A stretch of 64,000 nucleotides of DNA from Methylococcales symbiont of Hymedesmia sp. n. MRB-2018 (GCA_003666385.1 QPIN01000058.1:1488-65487); one strand, 5' to 3'; shown: positions 1-14,667, numbered from the stretch's first letter. Numbers and translations: made by a program. Notes: generated by a model from the letters alone, not told the origin.

Positions 1-1615
<1,615 letters not shown>

Positions 1616-1949
1616 AGATATTTGTTGGGATAATGGTTGTATAGACATTTTCTTAAGCTCCGTAATTTAATAATGGGGGATCAACCCACAAGGGCAACAC
1701 TTTTATTTAAAAAATGGTCTTTGCCAGTCACTTCGCAAAAACCCCAAAAAGGGGATTATACCCTAAACATTTCCTAGGTCTATTATTCATTAATTTGTGG
1801 CTATGATATGAGGGGATGGGGGCAAGCACAAGGGATTGCCCCTACGATTAATAAACTGGGAATAGATACTCAAATAAAAATATACTATTAAAAACGTACG
1901 GGCGACCCTCGTGGTCGTTCTGAATAATGGGGGGGGAATAAAGATGATA

Positions 1950-3467
1950 TTATCTTTGTTTTTTAAGGTACTGATGAATAGCTTCTGCTGCACCACGACC
2001 TTCATTGATTGCCCAAACTACAAGAGATTGGCCGCGGCGGCAGTCACCAGCGGCGAAAACACCTTCAACACTGGTTGAAAATTCGCCATAATTAGCCTGG
2101 ATATTGCTACGACCATCACGATCTAAGTTCATCATTTCAAGTGCTGTTTGTTCAGGCCCAAGAAAGCCCATAGAAAGGGTAATTAAATCGGCTTTCCATT
2201 CTTTTTCACTGCCCTCAATTTCAGTCATTTGGAAACGACCGCTGTCATCTTTTTTCCATGCTACATTAACCGTTTTGATTCCTGCTAGATTGCCATTGCC
2301 ATCGCTGATAAATTCTTTACTGAGGATGCAATATTGGCGAGGGTCTTTACCATCGCGCTGAGTTGCCTCTTGGTGACCGTAATCGACCCGAAAAACTTTA
2401 GGCCATTGAGGCCAGGGGTTATCGGCAGCTCTCTCAACAGGAGGCTCGGGTAATAATTCAAAATTAACTAAAGATTTACAGCCATGTCTTAACGAGGTGC
2501 CAATACAATCTGTTCCGGTATCACCGCCACCAATAACAATGACATTTTTGTCTTTGGCACTGATATACAAACCATCTGTATGTTTGCTATCTAATAAGCT
2601 TTTAGTGTTTTTAGTGAGAAATTCCATAGCAAAGTGAATGCCATTCAGGTCACGTCCTGCAATCGGTAAATCACGCGGTTGTGTTGCACCCGTTGCCCAT
2701 AAGACCGCATTAAACTGACTTATTAGATCATTAGGATCAATATAGTGTGTCTTATGATTGGCATTTTGCATGATGGTATTAACATGACCAGCAGGAAAAC
2801 ATTCAGCTTTACCAATATGGGTATTGGTGCGAAATTCTACACCTTCACTACGCAATTGCTGAACACGGCGATCTATCACCCGTTTTTCCAGTTTCATATT
2901 GGGAATACCGTACATTAGCAAGCCACCAATACGATCAGCACGTTCATAAACTGTGATTTTATGTCCTAGGCGACGTAATTGTTGAGCAGCAGCAAGGCCA
3001 GCAGGGCCAGAACCAATAATCGCTACGGATTGACCTGTTTCATTAACAGGAGGTTTTGCTTTTACCCAGTTTTCTGCAAAACCACGATCAATGATTGTGT
3101 TTTCAATATTTTTGATAGTGACTGGAGGTTCTGTCAGCCCAAGCACACAAGAACCTTCACAAGGTGCAGGGCAGACACGCCCAGTAAATTCAGGAAAATT
3201 ATTGGTTTTGTGTAGACGATCCAGTGCATCACGCCAGCGACCACGATAAACCAGATCATTCCATTCAGGAATCAGGTTATCAACGGGGCAACCTGTACTT
3301 GACTGGCAAAAGGGTACGCCACAATCCATACATCGAGCGCCCTGTGTATGTAGGTGTTCATCTACAGGAGCGGTATATATTTCTGCATAATCATTAAGAC
3401 GTAACATAGGGTCACGATAGGGTATCGTTTCACGTTGGTATTCTTTGAATCCTGTAGGCTTACCCAT
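1950..3467 (-). CDS. gltD: Glutamate synthase (NADPH) small subunit
   Basis: 505-aa ORF. It has N-terminal Fe-S cysteine clusters ([18 protein letters not shown]), a Rossmann motif [12 protein letters not shown] and a second GGGDTGTDC. It overlaps gltB by 8 nt. Confidence 0.93.
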   Translation of the reverse strand: MGKPTGFKEYQRETIPYRDPMLRLNDYAEIYTAPVDEHLHTQGARCMDCGVPFCQSSTGCPVDNLIPEWNDLVYRGRWRDALDRLHKTNNFPEFTGRVCPAPCEGSCVLGLTEPPVTIKNIENTIIDRGFAENWVKAKPPVNETGQSVAIIGSGPAGLAAAQQLRRLGHKITVYERADRIGGLLMYGIPNMKLEKRVIDRRVQQLRSEGVEFRTNTHIGKAECFPAGHVNTIMQNANHKTHYIDPNDLISQFNAVLWATGATQPRDLPIAGRDLNGIHFAMEFLTKNTKSLLDSKHTDGLYISAKDKNVIVIGGGDTGTDCIGTSLRHGCKSLVNFELLPEPPVERAADNPWPQWPKVFRVDYGHQEATQRDGKDPRQYCILSKEFISDGNGNLAGIKTVNVAWKKDDSGRFQMTEIEGSEKEWKADLITLSMGFLGPEQTALEMMNLDRDGRSNIQANYGEFSTSVEGVFAAGDCRRGQSLVVWAINEGRGAAEAIHQYLKKQR

Positions 3468-6400
3468 CGGTCATTGCTCCAGGTACAGTTAGTTCTTGTT
3501 CTTCATCGTGTTTTACTCGTTCAGCTAAAACACGTTTGTAGTCAGTCGGCATCACTTTAACGAATTGAGCCAAGACAGTATCCCAATTATCTAAAACTTG
3601 TTGAGCTACAGTCGAATCCGTGTGTTTTTGGTGTAGTTTTATTAAACCATAGAGTTCGTCAATATCGTGTTCCTGATCGACCTTTTCCAGATCAACCATA
3701 CCCATATTACAGTTTTGGGCAAAGAGTTCGTCTTTATCCCAAATATAGGAGATGCCACCACTCATGCCAGCAGCAAAGTTTCGTCCTGTTGTACCGAGGA
3801 CTACAACGCGACCCCCTGTCATATATTCACAGGCATGATCACCTACGCCTTCAACGACAGTATTAGCCCCTGAGTTACGAACGCAGAAACGTTCAGCAGC
3901 ATGACCACGGAAGAAGGCCTGTCCTGATGTTGCACCATACAGCACTACGTTACCGACAATCATATTATCTTCGGCTTTGAAACTACTGACTTTAGGTGGA
4001 TAGACTGCAATATTACCGCCTGAAAGTCCTTTACCTACATAATCATTGGCATCACCTTCAATTTCCATGGATATACCTTTGGCAAGAAAAGCACCGAAGC
4101 TTTGTCCAGCAGAGCCACTGAATTTAATATTGATGGTATTTTCTGGCAACATGGAGTTACCCCATTTTTTAACCAGTGTATGACTGAGAATAGTTCCCAC
4201 TGTACGATCTGTATTAATGATGGGTAATTCAAAGTTTACTTTGTTGCCATTTTCCAGTGCGTCTTTGGATAATTCAATGAGCTTATTATCAATCACCTTA
4301 TCTAAGCCGTGATCTTGTTCTCTGGTTTTGTAGACCTCTACCTTATCATGAGGCTTAGGAGCAACGGCCAGGAGTGATGTTAAATCTAGGCCATCTGACT
4401 TCCAGTGTTCAATGGCTTTATTGGTTTCCAGAATATCGGTACGTCCAACCATTTCATTGACAGTGCGGAAACCTAGTTTAGCCATAATGCCACGGGCTTC
4501 TTCAGCAACCATGATCAGATAATTAACAACATATTCTGGGTCGCCACTAAATTTCTTACGTAACTCTTTATCTTGTGTGGCAATACCGACAGGACAAGTA
4601 TTAAGATGACATTTGCGCATCATAATGCAACCCAGAGAAATTAAGGGGGCAGTACTAAAACCAAATTCTTCAGCACCTAATAAAGCGGCAATCACCACAT
4701 CTCGCCCAGTTTTTAAACCACCATCAGTTTGCAGGGTGACACGTGAACGCAAATCATTCATCACTAGCGTTTGATGTGTTTCAGCAATGCCTAATTCCCA
4801 AGGTAAACCAGCATGTTTAATACTGGTCAAAGGCGATGCACCAGTGCCGCCACCATCACCTGAAATTAGAATATGATCAGCATGGGCTTTAGCAACACCT
4901 GATGCGATAGTTCCAACACCCACTTCAGAAACCAGTTTCACACTAATACGTGCTGAGGGGTTTGAGTTTTTAAGATCGGAAATTAGCTGTGCCAAATCTT
5001 CAATCGAATAAATATCATGATGGGGAGGAGGGCTAATCAAGCCAACGCCAGGTGTTGAATGACGTAAGCTAGCGATATAGCTGTCCACTTTGGTTCCTGG
5101 TAATTCACCACCTTCACCTGGCTTGGCACCTTGAGATATTTTAATTTGCAATTCATCAGCATTAGCTAAATACCAAATGGTGACACCAAAACGACCAGAT
5201 GCAATTTGTTTAATGGCAGAACGCTTACTATCACCATTTTCCATAGGTGTGAAGCGAGCAACATCTTCTCCGCCTTCACCAGTATTGCTTTTACCACCAA
5301 GACGATTCATAGCAATGGCTAACGATTCATGCGCTTCAGCTGAAATAGAGCCAAAACTCATTGCCCCTGTGCAGAAGCGTTTAACGATTTCAGCAGCTGA
5401 TTCAACTTCTTCTAGTGGAACGCTAGCTAAGTTTTCATTAAAAGTTAATAAACCTTTAAATGAACAGCGGGTTTTAGCATCATTATTCATGTGATCAGCA
5501 AATTGCTGATAAGTCTCTTGGCTATTAGTACGCGTAGCTGTTTGAATATCGGAGATGGCTTGTGGATCCCACATATGGCGTTCGCCACCAGCACGCCAGT
5601 GATATTCGCCATTATTAGGCAATAATTCATTTTTAATATTTTGTTCTTCAGGAAAGCCAATTTCATGTCTGCGCATTGATTCGGTCGCGAGCACATCAAA
5701 ATTAACGCCTTGAATACGGCTGGCAGTCCCCGTAAAACAGCGGTCTATCACTTCGTCTTTTATCCCTACGGCTTCAAATATTTGTGCGCCTTTGTAACTT
5801 TGCAAGGTGGAAATTCCCATTTTTGCCATGACTTTCAGCATGCCTTTGGCCACGGCTTTGCGATAGCCAGCAACAATAGCATTATCATCGGTCATATCAG
5901 CTTCCATCAGGCCGTCACGACGAGCTTGGCATAAGGATTCAAAGGCTAAATAAGGATTGATAGCATCTGCTCCAAAGCCTATTAACAGACAATGGTGATG
6001 AACTTCTCTGGCTTCTCCGGTTTCTACAACGATCCCGATTTGGGTACGTTTGAACTGACTGACTAAATGGTGATGAACGGCACCTGTGATCAATAACGCA
6101 GGTAGGGCGATGCGGTCGTTACTTATTTTACGGTCAGACAGTACAACCAGTTGAAAACCATTGGCTATGGCTTGTTCTGCTTCATTACAAACTCTGTCCA
6201 ATGCATAAGACAAGCCTGCTTTGCCTTCAGACTTAGGCCAGGTAATGTCAATAGTTTGTGTTTTCCAGCCGCGATGATCCATGTATTTGATCGCTGCTAA
6301 TTGTTCATTAGACAGGATTGGGTGCTCGATTAATAAACGATGACAATGCTCGGGGCTGGTACTGAGTAGATTAGCTTCTGGACCAATATAACATTCCAAA

Positions 6401-8043
6401 GACATGATGATCTCTTCGCGGATTGAATCAATGGATGGATTAGTGACTTGCGCGAATAACTGTTTGAAATAATCATAAAGCATGCGGGGCTGGTCGGATA
6501 GACAGGCCAATGCAGAGTCGTTACCCATGGAACCCAGTGGGTCACGTTTTTCGCGAAGCATCGGTAATAGCATGAATTGCATAGTTTCAGTGGTAAATCC
6601 AAAAGCTTGCATGCGCGATAATAAAGTCTCAGGATCAAAACCATGAGCTTCTTTATTAGGATGTAATTCACTTAACTTAATGCGTTGGTCTCTTAGCCAA
6701 TCAGCATAAGGACGTTGCTTGGAAAAGTTGCTTTTTAATTCTTCATCAGGAATTAAAACGCCTTTTTCAAAATCGACCAAGAACATACGACCTGGCTTTA
6801 GACGGCCTTTAAATTTTACCTTTTCTGGTTCGATAGCTACAACACCAACTTCAGAAGCCATAATAACATGGTCGTCATGGGTTAAATAATAACGACTGGG
6901 GCGTAGACCGTTACGATCAAGTACCGCACCAATATATTTGCCATCAGAAAATACAATCGAAGCAGGGCCATCCCAAGGCTCCATCATGGCTGAATTAAAT
7001 TCATAGAAAGCACGCTTATCTGCTGGCATGGTTTCATGGTTTTGCCAAGCTTCTGGCACCATCATCATCACCGCTTCTGGTAATGAACGTCCAGACATTA
7101 ACAGAAATTCCAAAACGTTATCAAAAGTACCTGAGTCAGAACATTCTGGCTCAACGACAGGAAATATTTTGCTTAAATCATCACCAAATAATTCGCTTTT
7201 AGCAACACCTTCACGTGCCTTCATCCAGTTTTTATTGCCACGCATGGTGTTGATTTCACCATTGTGACTCATAAAACGATTCGGCTGCGCACGATCCCAA
7301 GAGGGAAATGTATTAGTGCTAAAGCGTGAATGTACCATCGCTAGGTGCGATGTAAAATCAGGGTCTGTTAAGTCGGGATAGTAAGGAACCACTTGTCTAG
7401 GCATCAGTTGCCCTTTATAAATGATAACTTTGCTGGACAGACTACAGATATAAAACATTTTGCATTGCTGCAAAGTTTTGTCACCACGCAAAGCATGTGA
7501 TGCTTGTTTGCGGATTAAATATAGCTGTCTTTCGAAGGCTTCACTATCAAGACCGTCAGCAGTTTCAATAAAAAGTTGTTCTATAACAGGTTCGGTAGCA
7601 CGAGCAGATGGACCAATATCAGCGGCATCAGCAGCTACTGGTACACTACGCCAGCCAATTAATTTTTGCCCTTGCGCACTAATGAATTGTTCAACTATTT
7701 TTTTACATTGGGTGCGTTCTTCATCAAGTTGCGGTAGAAACACCAAGCCGGCTGAAAATTTTCCAGATTCTGGTAACTCAATGCCAAACTCTGTTTTCGC
7801 AATCTTGTTTAAAAATTCTAAGGGTAATGCTGTCATGATTCCAGCACCATCTCCGGTGTTTTCTTCACACCCACAGGCACCACGATGTGTCATCGCTTCT
7901 AATGCAGTTGCTGCATCTTGGATGATTTTATGTGAGCGTTGGCCTTTGATATGGGCAATAAAGCCAACACCGCAGCTATCTTTTTCGTTAGCTGGGTCAT
8001 AAAGCCCTTGTTTACGAGGTATTTCATGTGTCTGTTTCAACAT
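3460..8043 (-). CDS. gltB: Glutamate synthase large subunit
   Basis: 1527-aa ORF. It has the Ntn amidotransferase start ([13 protein letters not shown]), a central FMN/3Fe-4S domain and a C-terminal GXGXG beta-helix domain. The length and order are typical of GltB. Confidence 0.96.
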   Translation of the reverse strand: MLKQTHEIPRKQGLYDPANEKDSCGVGFIAHIKGQRSHKIIQDAATALEAMTHRGACGCEENTGDGAGIMTALPLEFLNKIAKTEFGIELPESGKFSAGLVFLPQLDEERTQCKKIVEQFISAQGQKLIGWRSVPVAADAADIGPSARATEPVIEQLFIETADGLDSEAFERQLYLIRKQASHALRGDKTLQQCKMFYICSLSSKVIIYKGQLMPRQVVPYYPDLTDPDFTSHLAMVHSRFSTNTFPSWDRAQPNRFMSHNGEINTMRGNKNWMKAREGVAKSELFGDDLSKIFPVVEPECSDSGTFDNVLEFLLMSGRSLPEAVMMMVPEAWQNHETMPADKRAFYEFNSAMMEPWDGPASIVFSDGKYIGAVLDRNGLRPSRYYLTHDDHVIMASEVGVVAIEPEKVKFKGRLKPGRMFLVDFEKGVLIPDEELKSNFSKQRPYADWLRDQRIKLSELHPNKEAHGFDPETLLSRMQAFGFTTETMQFMLLPMLREKRDPLGSMGNDSALACLSDQPRMLYDYFKQLFAQVTNPSIDSIREEIIMSLECYIGPEANLLSTSPEHCHRLLIEHPILSNEQLAAIKYMDHRGWKTQTIDITWPKSEGKAGLSYALDRVCNEAEQAIANGFQLVVLSDRKISNDRIALPALLITGAVHHHLVSQFKRTQIGIVVETGEAREVHHHCLLIGFGADAINPYLAFESLCQARRDGLMEADMTDDNAIVAGYRKAVAKGMLKVMAKMGISTLQSYKGAQIFEAVGIKDEVIDRCFTGTASRIQGVNFDVLATESMRRHEIGFPEEQNIKNELLPNNGEYHWRAGGERHMWDPQAISDIQTATRTNSQETYQQFADHMNNDAKTRCSFKGLLTFNENLASVPLEEVESAAEIVKRFCTGAMSFGSISAEAHESLAIAMNRLGGKSNTGEGGEDVARFTPMENGDSKRSAIKQIASGRFGVTIWYLANADELQIKISQGAKPGEGGELPGTKVDSYIASLRHSTPGVGLISPPPHHDIYSIEDLAQLISDLKNSNPSARISVKLVSEVGVGTIASGVAKAHADHILISGDGGGTGASPLTSIKHAGLPWELGIAETHQTLVMNDLRSRVTLQTDGGLKTGRDVVIAALLGAEEFGFSTAPLISLGCIMMRKCHLNTCPVGIATQDKELRKKFSGDPEYVVNYLIMVAEEARGIMAKLGFRTVNEMVGRTDILETNKAIEHWKSDGLDLTSLLAVAPKPHDKVEVYKTREQDHGLDKVIDNKLIELSKDALENGNKVNFELPIINTDRTVGTILSHTLVKKWGNSMLPENTINIKFSGSAGQSFGAFLAKGISMEIEGDANDYVGKGLSGGNIAVYPPKVSSFKAEDNMIVGNVVLYGATSGQAFFRGHAAERFCVRNSGANTVVEGVGDHACEYMTGGRVVVLGTTGRNFAAGMSGGISYIWDKDELFAQNCNMGMVDLEKVDQEHDIDELYGLIKLHQKHTDSTVAQQVLDNWDTVLAQFVKVMPTDYKRVLAERVKHDEEQELTVPGAMTDG

Positions 8044-8162
8044 TCTTATACACCTTATGGCTTAGCAAGGTTTATTGGTTTGCTTTGGATAGCAAACATT
8101 TAAAATGGCTTGGCTGGACTGAATTGTAACCAGAAAAAAGAAGTGACTGTCTAAGGCAATTC

Positions 8163-8281
8163 GTAACAAATGACCCACCTGTCTTGTGGGTTTTTATCCA
8201 TCTTAGGTGCTACAACTTAGGTCACATAGCCCCTTCGCCGCACTTTAAAGATGAATAAAAATTAGGTGGTTTATTTATTAC
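8163..8281 (+). mobile_element. MITE-like element, family 3, copy A (119 bp)
   Basis: Terminal inverted repeats are gtaacaaatgacccacc (8163-8179) and ggtggtttatttattac (8265-8281). The interior closely matches 51017-51158, including cccac..gtggg+T-run and ttatccatctt/aagatgaataa. Confidence 0.7.
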
Positions 8282-8576
8282 GCATCATCTAAGTGCAATA
8301 GAGGAAATTTGATTTTTAAAGTGATTTCCTGATTATTTTCTATTTGTACAGTTTCTAGGAACTACTGAACCAAGAGTAATCACTTGATGTGAGCTTTGTA
8401 GCTATCCCCTATTTATTTTTTGATTAAATACCGTCAGAAAAACGCCAAGTTTTCCATGCATTACATTAATATTTAGCCAGCGGATTATACAAAAATCAAT
8501 TTTATAAAGCAAGATTGTTGCAAAAATACAGGGGGGTTGTTATTGTCAGCCGTTACAAATTAAGTAGCTGTGATTT

Positions 8577-9794
8577 ATGAATAAAGAATTTGATATTGCC
8601 ATTATTGGTGGAGGAATGGTAGGTGCAACGGTAGGTTGTTGCTTAGGCGGCAGTGAGTTAAAGGTGGCCGTTATTGAGCAAATGATTCCTCATAGCTTTG
8701 CCCTTGACCAGCCTCATGATCTTCGCGTTTCTGCTTTGAGTATCGCCTCACAAACTATTTTGCAACAGATCTGTGCTTGGAAAGGTGTGTTAAATCGTCG
8801 CTGTTGTCCTTTTAAGCGTATGCGAGTCTGGGAAACAGCGGGGGATACTGAATTTAACTGTAAAGATATCAATCGCAATGAATTAGGTTTTATTGTTGAA
8901 AATAGAATTATTCAATTGGCATTATTAGATAGATTAGCCGAGTTGGATAATATTGAGTTAATGGCTCCAGCAACTATTAAAAAGATTGATTATGATGGCA
9001 TGCAGCCATCCGTTATAGAGCTGGCTGATGGTAGTAAAATAACTGCAAAAGTTATTGTGGCTGCTGATGGTGGGGATTCCAGAGTTAGGCAATTAGTTAA
9101 TATAGGTGTTACTGGTTGGGATTATAAACAACATGCCATGGTTATTTCTATTGAAACAGATTATGAGCAACAAGATATTACCTGGCAACGATTCGTACCT
9201 AGTGGACCGCAAGCTTTTTTACCGTTATCAGGAAATTGTGGTTCATTAGTTTGGTATAACTCTGTAGAGGCAATCAAACGATTTAAAAGTCTCTCTAATA
9301 AGGCTTTGATAGCAGAGCTTAGTGCCGCTTTTCCTGATTGTTTAGGCACAATTAAACAAGTTTTAGCTGTTGCCAGTTTCCCGTTAAAACGCCAGCATGC
9401 CCAACAATATGTAAAGACAGGTGTAGCATTGGTCGGTGATGCCGCGCATATGATTAATCCTCTGGCAGGACAGGGTGTTAATATCGGCCTGCTAGATGCT
9501 GCGGCTTTAGCGGAAGTACTCGTTGATGCTTATGTAAAAGGCGAGGATGTTGCTGATATAGGTGTTTTGAATCGTTATGAAAAAATGCGTAGAAATAAAA
9601 ACCTAAGAATGATGACCGTCATGGATACTTTTTACCGTGTTTTTAGCAATGACATACTACCATTAAAGTTTATAAGAAACTTAGGCTTAGGGATGGTCGA
9701 ACGGGTTTTTCCTGCAAAAAACAAAGTGATGCGGATGGCGACAGGACTTAATGGGGAATTACCCAAATTGGCGCGAGGGGAATCTATTCTGTAG
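8577..9794 (+). CDS. UbiH/UbiF/UbiI(VisC)/COQ6-family FAD-dependent ubiquinone biosynthesis hydroxylase
   Basis: 405-aa ORF with FAD motifs IAIIGGGMVGA and GDAAHMINPLAGQGVNIGLLDA. Confidence 0.85.
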   Translation: MNKEFDIAIIGGGMVGATVGCCLGGSELKVAVIEQMIPHSFALDQPHDLRVSALSIASQTILQQICAWKGVLNRRCCPFKRMRVWETAGDTEFNCKDINRNELGFIVENRIIQLALLDRLAELDNIELMAPATIKKIDYDGMQPSVIELADGSKITAKVIVAADGGDSRVRQLVNIGVTGWDYKQHAMVISIETDYEQQDITWQRFVPSGPQAFLPLSGNCGSLVWYNSVEAIKRFKSLSNKALIAELSAAFPDCLGTIKQVLAVASFPLKRQHAQQYVKTGVALVGDAAHMINPLAGQGVNIGLLDAAALAEVLVDAYVKGEDVADIGVLNRYEKMRRNKNLRMMTVMDTFYRVFSNDILPLKFIRNLGLGMVERVFPAKNKVMRMATGLNGELPKLARGESIL

Positions 9795-9948
9795 GCTGAG
9801 TTCATCGCTTAGAATTTCAATGTTAGATATAAACCAAGGGGGCGTTTAACCCTAAGGTAAGGGTAAATCTTGCGGAGCTATTTATCTGTTTTGGAATAGG
9901 GGAATTGTCTGATGCTACAGAATTTACCCATTCCATTCTTCATAGCCT

Positions 9949-12606
9949 CTATTTATTTTCTTGATTTTGTAGGGCTAACAGTAATTGAGTTTGGATAGTT
10001 TCAAGTATATTCTCGTCCAAAATCGGGCGTAGCTGTGTATCAGTTACATAAAACATATCTTCTGCTCTACTGCCGATAGTGGCAATTTTTGCGTTATGTA
10101 ATACCAATTCTAAGTCGTTAAATACTTGACCTATTATGGCTAGCAAACCTGCATGATCTGTTGTTATTAACTCTATCATGGTGTATCTACTTAACGGATC
10201 TTTGTGGAAGTAAACTTTGCTGGCAATAGGAAAATGTTTGGCTTGTCTCGATTCTCTGTGAATATTAGGTTGCTCATTAACCTTTAAATTGAGCAGGTTG
10301 AGTTGCAGAGTTTTACATATACGGATTTCTCGGTCTAAATCGTTAATGGATTCCCCTGTTTGTTCCAGTACTTGGAAGCTGTTGAGTACACATTGTTCGG
10401 TTTCTGATAAAGGGATGGTGATTATGCGTGCATCAAGAATAGTTAAACCTAGTTGATCCAGTGTGTTTGCGCTGATTGAAAAAATATTGTTTTCATTATT
10501 GGCATAAACAAAAACTTCCACGCTACCTCTTTGGTTTTGAGGGCGTAAAAGTACTAATGGCAACTCACTTTTAGGTGTAGAAGCAATGGCTATGGTGTGC
10601 CAGGCAATTTCATCTGCTGAATAACGTAAAAAATAATCATCACTGATTCTTTTCCAGGTATTGTTAATAGTGGCTTCAGAAATTCCCAGCCCTATTAACT
10701 CATCTTTTGCTTCCTGCTTGTTTTCATAAAGTCGTTCTGACCTAGCAATCGGGTTTTGCAGTCCTCTATGTAGTGCACTATGCGTATGGCTGTATAGCTC
10801 TAATAATAATGAATTTTTCCATGAATTCCATAAACTGGGGTTGGTGCCTCGAATGTCGGCTACGGTAAATAAATAAAGATGATTCAAATATTCAATGTTA
10901 CCGACTTGTAAAGCAAACTTATGGACAACATCGGGGTCGTTTATGTCTTTCTTTTGTGCTGTCGTGGACATGATTAAGTGATTACGAACCATCCAAGCAA
11001 TTAATTTACTATCGCTTTTTGATAAACCATGTTGTTTGCAAAAATTACGGGCAATTTCTTCACCCAAAATAGAATGATCGCCTCCTAAGCCTTTAGCAAT
11101 ATCGTGGAACAAAGCAGCAAAATATAATATTTCTGGTTTACGAATACGTAAAAAAACACTGTTACAAAAAGGCAATTCATCTTGGTGTTTTTCTATAGAC
11201 AGACGACGCAAATTTCTTAAAACAAACAGTGTATGCGCATCAACAGTGTAGATATGAAATAAGTCATATTGCATGCGGGCAACAATATTAGCAAAACTAG
11301 GTAAATAAGCTGCTAACACACCGTATCGATTCATTTGCCTTAACTGGTGTGTAAGACCTCTTGGTGATTTAAAAATAGCTATAAATAACTTGTTAGCCTT
11401 GCTATCGTTGCGAAAAGAATCATCGATTAGATGTAGGTTTTTCCTGATTAAGCGGATGGTAGATGCTCTAACACCTACCAGAGATGGGTTTAGTTGTAAT
11501 ACTAGAAAAATCTCAAGGAGCGCAAGAGGAGATTTTTCAAAGGTATCAAGATCTTTAACTTCAATGTATTTGTTAACGGAAACAAAATGTTTGCTAACGG
11601 GGTAAAGCTGCTTAACCAGTGAGGTATCAAAGAAATTTTCTTTAAACAGTTGTAATAACATTTCATTCATGCGTTCTAATTCCATGACTGTTTTAAAGTA
11701 ATGTTGCATGAATTGTTCTACATCAGGCTCGTTATTCTCATTGGTAAAACCAAATTGTTGAGCTAGGTCACGTTGATGGTTAAATAGAAGCCTATCTTCA
11801 CAGCGCTGGGTGAGCGTATGTAGAGCGAAACGTATTGCCCATAAAATATTTCTGGCGGCTTTTAGTTGATTGAATTCAGCCTCGGAAAGAAGATCATATT
11901 CAATGAGCTCGTTTAGCGAAGATGTTTTATAGTGATGTTTGAATACCCAAGCGATATTTTGTAAATCTCTTAAACCGCCGGGCCCTTCTTTTATATTAGG
12001 CTCAAGGTTATAAGCTGTATCGTGGTGTTTTGCATAACGTGTCTCTTGTTCCTGCATTTTTGCAGAAAAAAAGTCTTTTGATGACCACAATTCTTTTCGA
12101 TTGATTTGTTTGTTGAGGTCTGAAAACAAAACGGGGCTGCCAGTGATCAATCTAAATTCAAGCAAATTGGTCATGATAGTTTGATCTTCTGATGCTTGTT
12201 GCAGACATTCGGCAATAGTCCGAACACTTTGACCGGGTTTAAGACCTATATCCCAAAGATAATTACTAAAATCAGACAAATCGTTCTGGAAATCTTGGAT
12301 ATCAGAGTCTTTAAGCAATATGAGAACATCTATATCAGAATTTGGAAAAAGTTCATTACGACCATATCCACCCGTAGCAATTAGACATAAATGCTGTGCT
12401 TGAGCTTTAAGAAAATGATGCCAGCAATGGATTAAAATTTCATCAATAAAAGCTGATTTTTCAAGTAGTAGGGTATCTACAGCCTGTTGTGGGTTAAATT
12501 TTTTAGTAAGCTCTTCATTTTTATTGTGGATGATTTCTTTAAGTAGGTTAAAGCTATTATCTTGAGAAAGAAGGTTTTTACTGATTAAGCTTGTATTGAT
12601 GCTCAC
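9949..12606 (-). CDS. glnD: Bifunctional [protein-PII] uridylyltransferase/uridylyl-removing enzyme
   Basis: 885-aa ORF with a nucleotidyltransferase motif (ATGGYGRNELFPNSDIDVLIL), an HD domain (LFHDIAKG) and two C-terminal ACT-like domains. It overlaps map by 4 nt, as in the conserved map-glnD neighbourhood. Confidence 0.93.
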   Translation of the reverse strand: MSINTSLISKNLLSQDNSFNLLKEIIHNKNEELTKKFNPQQAVDTLLLEKSAFIDEILIHCWHHFLKAQAQHLCLIATGGYGRNELFPNSDIDVLILLKDSDIQDFQNDLSDFSNYLWDIGLKPGQSVRTIAECLQQASEDQTIMTNLLEFRLITGSPVLFSDLNKQINRKELWSSKDFFSAKMQEQETRYAKHHDTAYNLEPNIKEGPGGLRDLQNIAWVFKHHYKTSSLNELIEYDLLSEAEFNQLKAARNILWAIRFALHTLTQRCEDRLLFNHQRDLAQQFGFTNENNEPDVEQFMQHYFKTVMELERMNEMLLQLFKENFFDTSLVKQLYPVSKHFVSVNKYIEVKDLDTFEKSPLALLEIFLVLQLNPSLVGVRASTIRLIRKNLHLIDDSFRNDSKANKLFIAIFKSPRGLTHQLRQMNRYGVLAAYLPSFANIVARMQYDLFHIYTVDAHTLFVLRNLRRLSIEKHQDELPFCNSVFLRIRKPEILYFAALFHDIAKGLGGDHSILGEEIARNFCKQHGLSKSDSKLIAWMVRNHLIMSTTAQKKDINDPDVVHKFALQVGNIEYLNHLYLFTVADIRGTNPSLWNSWKNSLLLELYSHTHSALHRGLQNPIARSERLYENKQEAKDELIGLGISEATINNTWKRISDDYFLRYSADEIAWHTIAIASTPKSELPLVLLRPQNQRGSVEVFVYANNENNIFSISANTLDQLGLTILDARIITIPLSETEQCVLNSFQVLEQTGESINDLDREIRICKTLQLNLLNLKVNEQPNIHRESRQAKHFPIASKVYFHKDPLSRYTMIELITTDHAGLLAIIGQVFNDLELVLHNAKIATIGSRAEDMFYVTDTQLRPILDENILETIQTQLLLALQNQENK

Positions 12607-13367
12607 AATTCTTCCTGGCGAAAGGTTAATACTTCATGGCCTGTTGGAGTGACCAAGATAGTGTGTTCCCATTGAGCAGAAAGGCTGCGGTCTTTGGTTA
12701 CTGCTGTCCAGCCATCTTTTTGTACTTTCATGTGTCGCTTGCCAAGATTAAGCATAGGTTCTATGGTGATGATCATGCCCGCTTCAAGCACTTCACCTTT
12801 TCCCGCTTTGCCAAAATGCATGACGTGAGGGTCTTCGTGAAAATTTTTGCCTATTCCATGCCCACAAAACTCACGAACTATAGAATAGCGGTTGGATTCT
12901 GCATGTTTTTGAATAGCATGGCCAATGTCACCCAAAGTGGCACTAGGTTTAACCTGTTCTATACCTAGATATAATGATTCTTGAGTAACCTTCATCAGCC
13001 GTTGAGCAAATTGACTAACGGTGCCTACGGCGAACATTTTGCTGGTATCCCCGTGATATTCATCTTTGATAACTGTAATATCAATATTGACAATATCTCC
13101 TTTTTTTAGTCGTTTTTCATTGGGGATGCCGTGACAAATAGTTTGGTTTACCGAGGTGCAGATAGATTTGGGGAAGCCTCGATAATTAAGAGGGGCAGGA
13201 ATAGCTTGTTGTTCTTTAACAATGTAGTCGTGGCATAATTTATCTAATTCATTAGTCGTAACACCAGGAATAACATGTGGCTCAATCATTTCTAAAACTT
13301 CAGATGCTAACTTCCCAGCAATGCGCATTTTATTTATTTCTGATTCGTTCTTAATGGTAATACTCAT
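12603..13367 (-). CDS. map: Type I methionine aminopeptidase
   Basis: 254-aa ORF matching the MetAP-I pattern (ICHGIP, DIVNIDITV, GHGIG, ITIEP, QWEHT). Confidence 0.95.
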   Translation of the reverse strand: MSITIKNESEINKMRIAGKLASEVLEMIEPHVIPGVTTNELDKLCHDYIVKEQQAIPAPLNYRGFPKSICTSVNQTICHGIPNEKRLKKGDIVNIDITVIKDEYHGDTSKMFAVGTVSQFAQRLMKVTQESLYLGIEQVKPSATLGDIGHAIQKHAESNRYSIVREFCGHGIGKNFHEDPHVMHFGKAGKGEVLEAGMIITIEPMLNLGKRHMKVQKDGWTAVTKDRSLSAQWEHTILVTPTGHEVLTFRQEEL

Positions 13368-13396
13368 AGGGCAGTAAGATATTAGAGGGTTGATGT

Positions 13397-13425
13397 TATA
13401 CCATTTTCAAGAATAAACGGTATTA
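13397..13425. repeat. REP-like 29-nt palindromic unit, copy R1
   Basis: tataccattttcaagaataaacggtatta. This is near-identical to 34981-35009 and is the reverse complement of the units at 36549-36573 and 37397-37424. Confidence 0.7.
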
Positions 13426-13460
13426 CATGATATATCAATTTAAAGTAAAGGTAATCAGTG

Positions 13461-13495
13461 CTTTTTTTATCCGTCCAGAGTTATGCTGAGTTCTC
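13461..13495. repeat. Solo terminal repeat of MITE family 2
   Basis: ctttttttatccgtccagagttatgctgagttctc matches the right end of the full element at 15850-15884. Confidence 0.65.
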
Positions 13496-13572
13496 AATAT
13501 TGATTGGGCTGTTAAAAGTTTTTTTAAAAAGTTGTGATTAGAAAAGAGTGTATTTAATGGCAAGGAATTAGC

Positions 13573-14667
13573 TTATGAATCGTCTGTAGATTCAGCTAAT
13601 ATTTTCAAACGCTGAAGTGATTGAGAGTATTGTGCAAAATCACCTGTCCGAATAGTTGCATGAGCCAATTTTCTTCCTTTTCTTGGTGCTTTGTCATAAA
13701 GATGGATGTGGGTATGAGGTATTCCCAAAATACGTTCAGTTAACGGTAATCCTCCTATGAAATTAACCATAGCGGTATGTTCACGAGCTTCAGTTGAACC
13801 CAATGGCAAGTCAGTAATAGCACGCAAATGATTTTCAAATTGACTGGTCTCTGCACCTTCAATAGTCCAATGGCCAGAATTGTGTACGCGAGGTGCAAAT
13901 TCGTTGGCAAATAGCTTGCCATTAACATCAAATAATTCCAGGGCAATAATACCCACATAATCTAAGGCAGTTAATATGCGTACTACATAGTCTTCTGCCT
14001 GACGTTGTAAACCATCATTTTTACAACATTCTGAAACTCTTAAAATACCTTGACTATGTATATTTTCAGAGACGGGATAAAAGACAATTTCACCGCTTGC
14101 TCGTTTTGCAGCAATAATAGATATTTCTCTTTGAAAGGGGACAAAGCTTTCGACAATTGAAGCAACGCCTTGCATTGCATCCCATGCCTCAGCTAATTGA
14201 TCGGATGACTTTAAGACAACTTGACCTTTACCATCGTAGCCCATTCTGCGACTTTTTAAAATAGCAGGATACGCAATGTGTGTCATTGCTTGTTGCAAAT
14301 CTTCTAAGCTGGCAATAGTGGCAAAATTAGCTGTAGGAATATTGAGTTGATGGAAGAAGTTTTTTTCTTGCAGACGATCTTGAGCAATACTTAAAGCGTT
14401 AGGTGCTGGATATACTTGGGTATGTTGAGATAGAAAACGGGTTGCTTCAGCCGACACATTTTCAAATTCATAGGTGATTACATCAGCCTCTTCAGCAAGT
14501 TTAGCTAATAAGGTTGGGTCATCGTATTGACCTTGAAGATGTTTACCTAGTCCAGTTGCGCCAGCCTCTTTACTTGGGTCAAGAATGATAAATTCTAAAC
14601 CTAATGAGTAGCCAGACAAAGCAAGCATACGGGCGAGCTGTCCTCCTCCCAAAATTCCGATTTTCAT
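13573..14667 (-). CDS. purK: 5-(carboxyamino)imidazole ribonucleotide synthase
   Basis: 364-aa ATP-grasp ORF starting [15 protein letters not shown]. It overlaps purE by 4 nt. Confidence 0.93.
   Translation of the reverse strand: MKIGILGGGQLARMLALSGYSLGLEFIILDPSKEAGATGLGKHLQGQYDDPTLLAKLAEEADVITYEFENVSAEATRFLSQHTQVYPAPNALSIAQDRLQEKNFFHQLNIPTANFATIASLEDLQQAMTHIAYPAILKSRRMGYDGKGQVVLKSSDQLAEAWDAMQGVASIVESFVPFQREISIIAAKRASGEIVFYPVSENIHSQGILRVSECCKNDGLQRQAEDYVVRILTALDYVGIIALELFDVNGKLFANEFAPRVHNSGHWTIEGAETSQFENHLRAITDLPLGSTEAREHTAMVNFIGGLPLTERILGIPHTHIHLYDKAPRKGRKLAHATIRTGDFAQYSQSLQRLKILAESTDDS

Noticed and set aside
1850-1925. Possible gltD terminator (cgacc-ctcgt-ggtcg) and the nearby hairpin ggggcaa...ttgcccc
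   Set aside because: The stems are only 5-7 bp and no convincing U-run lies on the gltD (minus) strand. The evidence is too weak to call.
1790-2005. 71-aa minus-strand ORF overlapping the gltD stop region
   Set aside because: It overlaps the gltD 3' end in another frame and runs into AT-rich intergenic DNA. It has no RBS and no recognisable family.
7460-8002. 180-aa plus-strand ORF inside gltB, and similar internal ORFs at 5177..5494, 6330..6671, 17965..18258, 26260..26523, 57090..57503 and 59867..60196
   Set aside because: All lie antisense to, or out of frame within, long genes that have strong family signatures. They are low-complexity translations typical of shadow ORFs.
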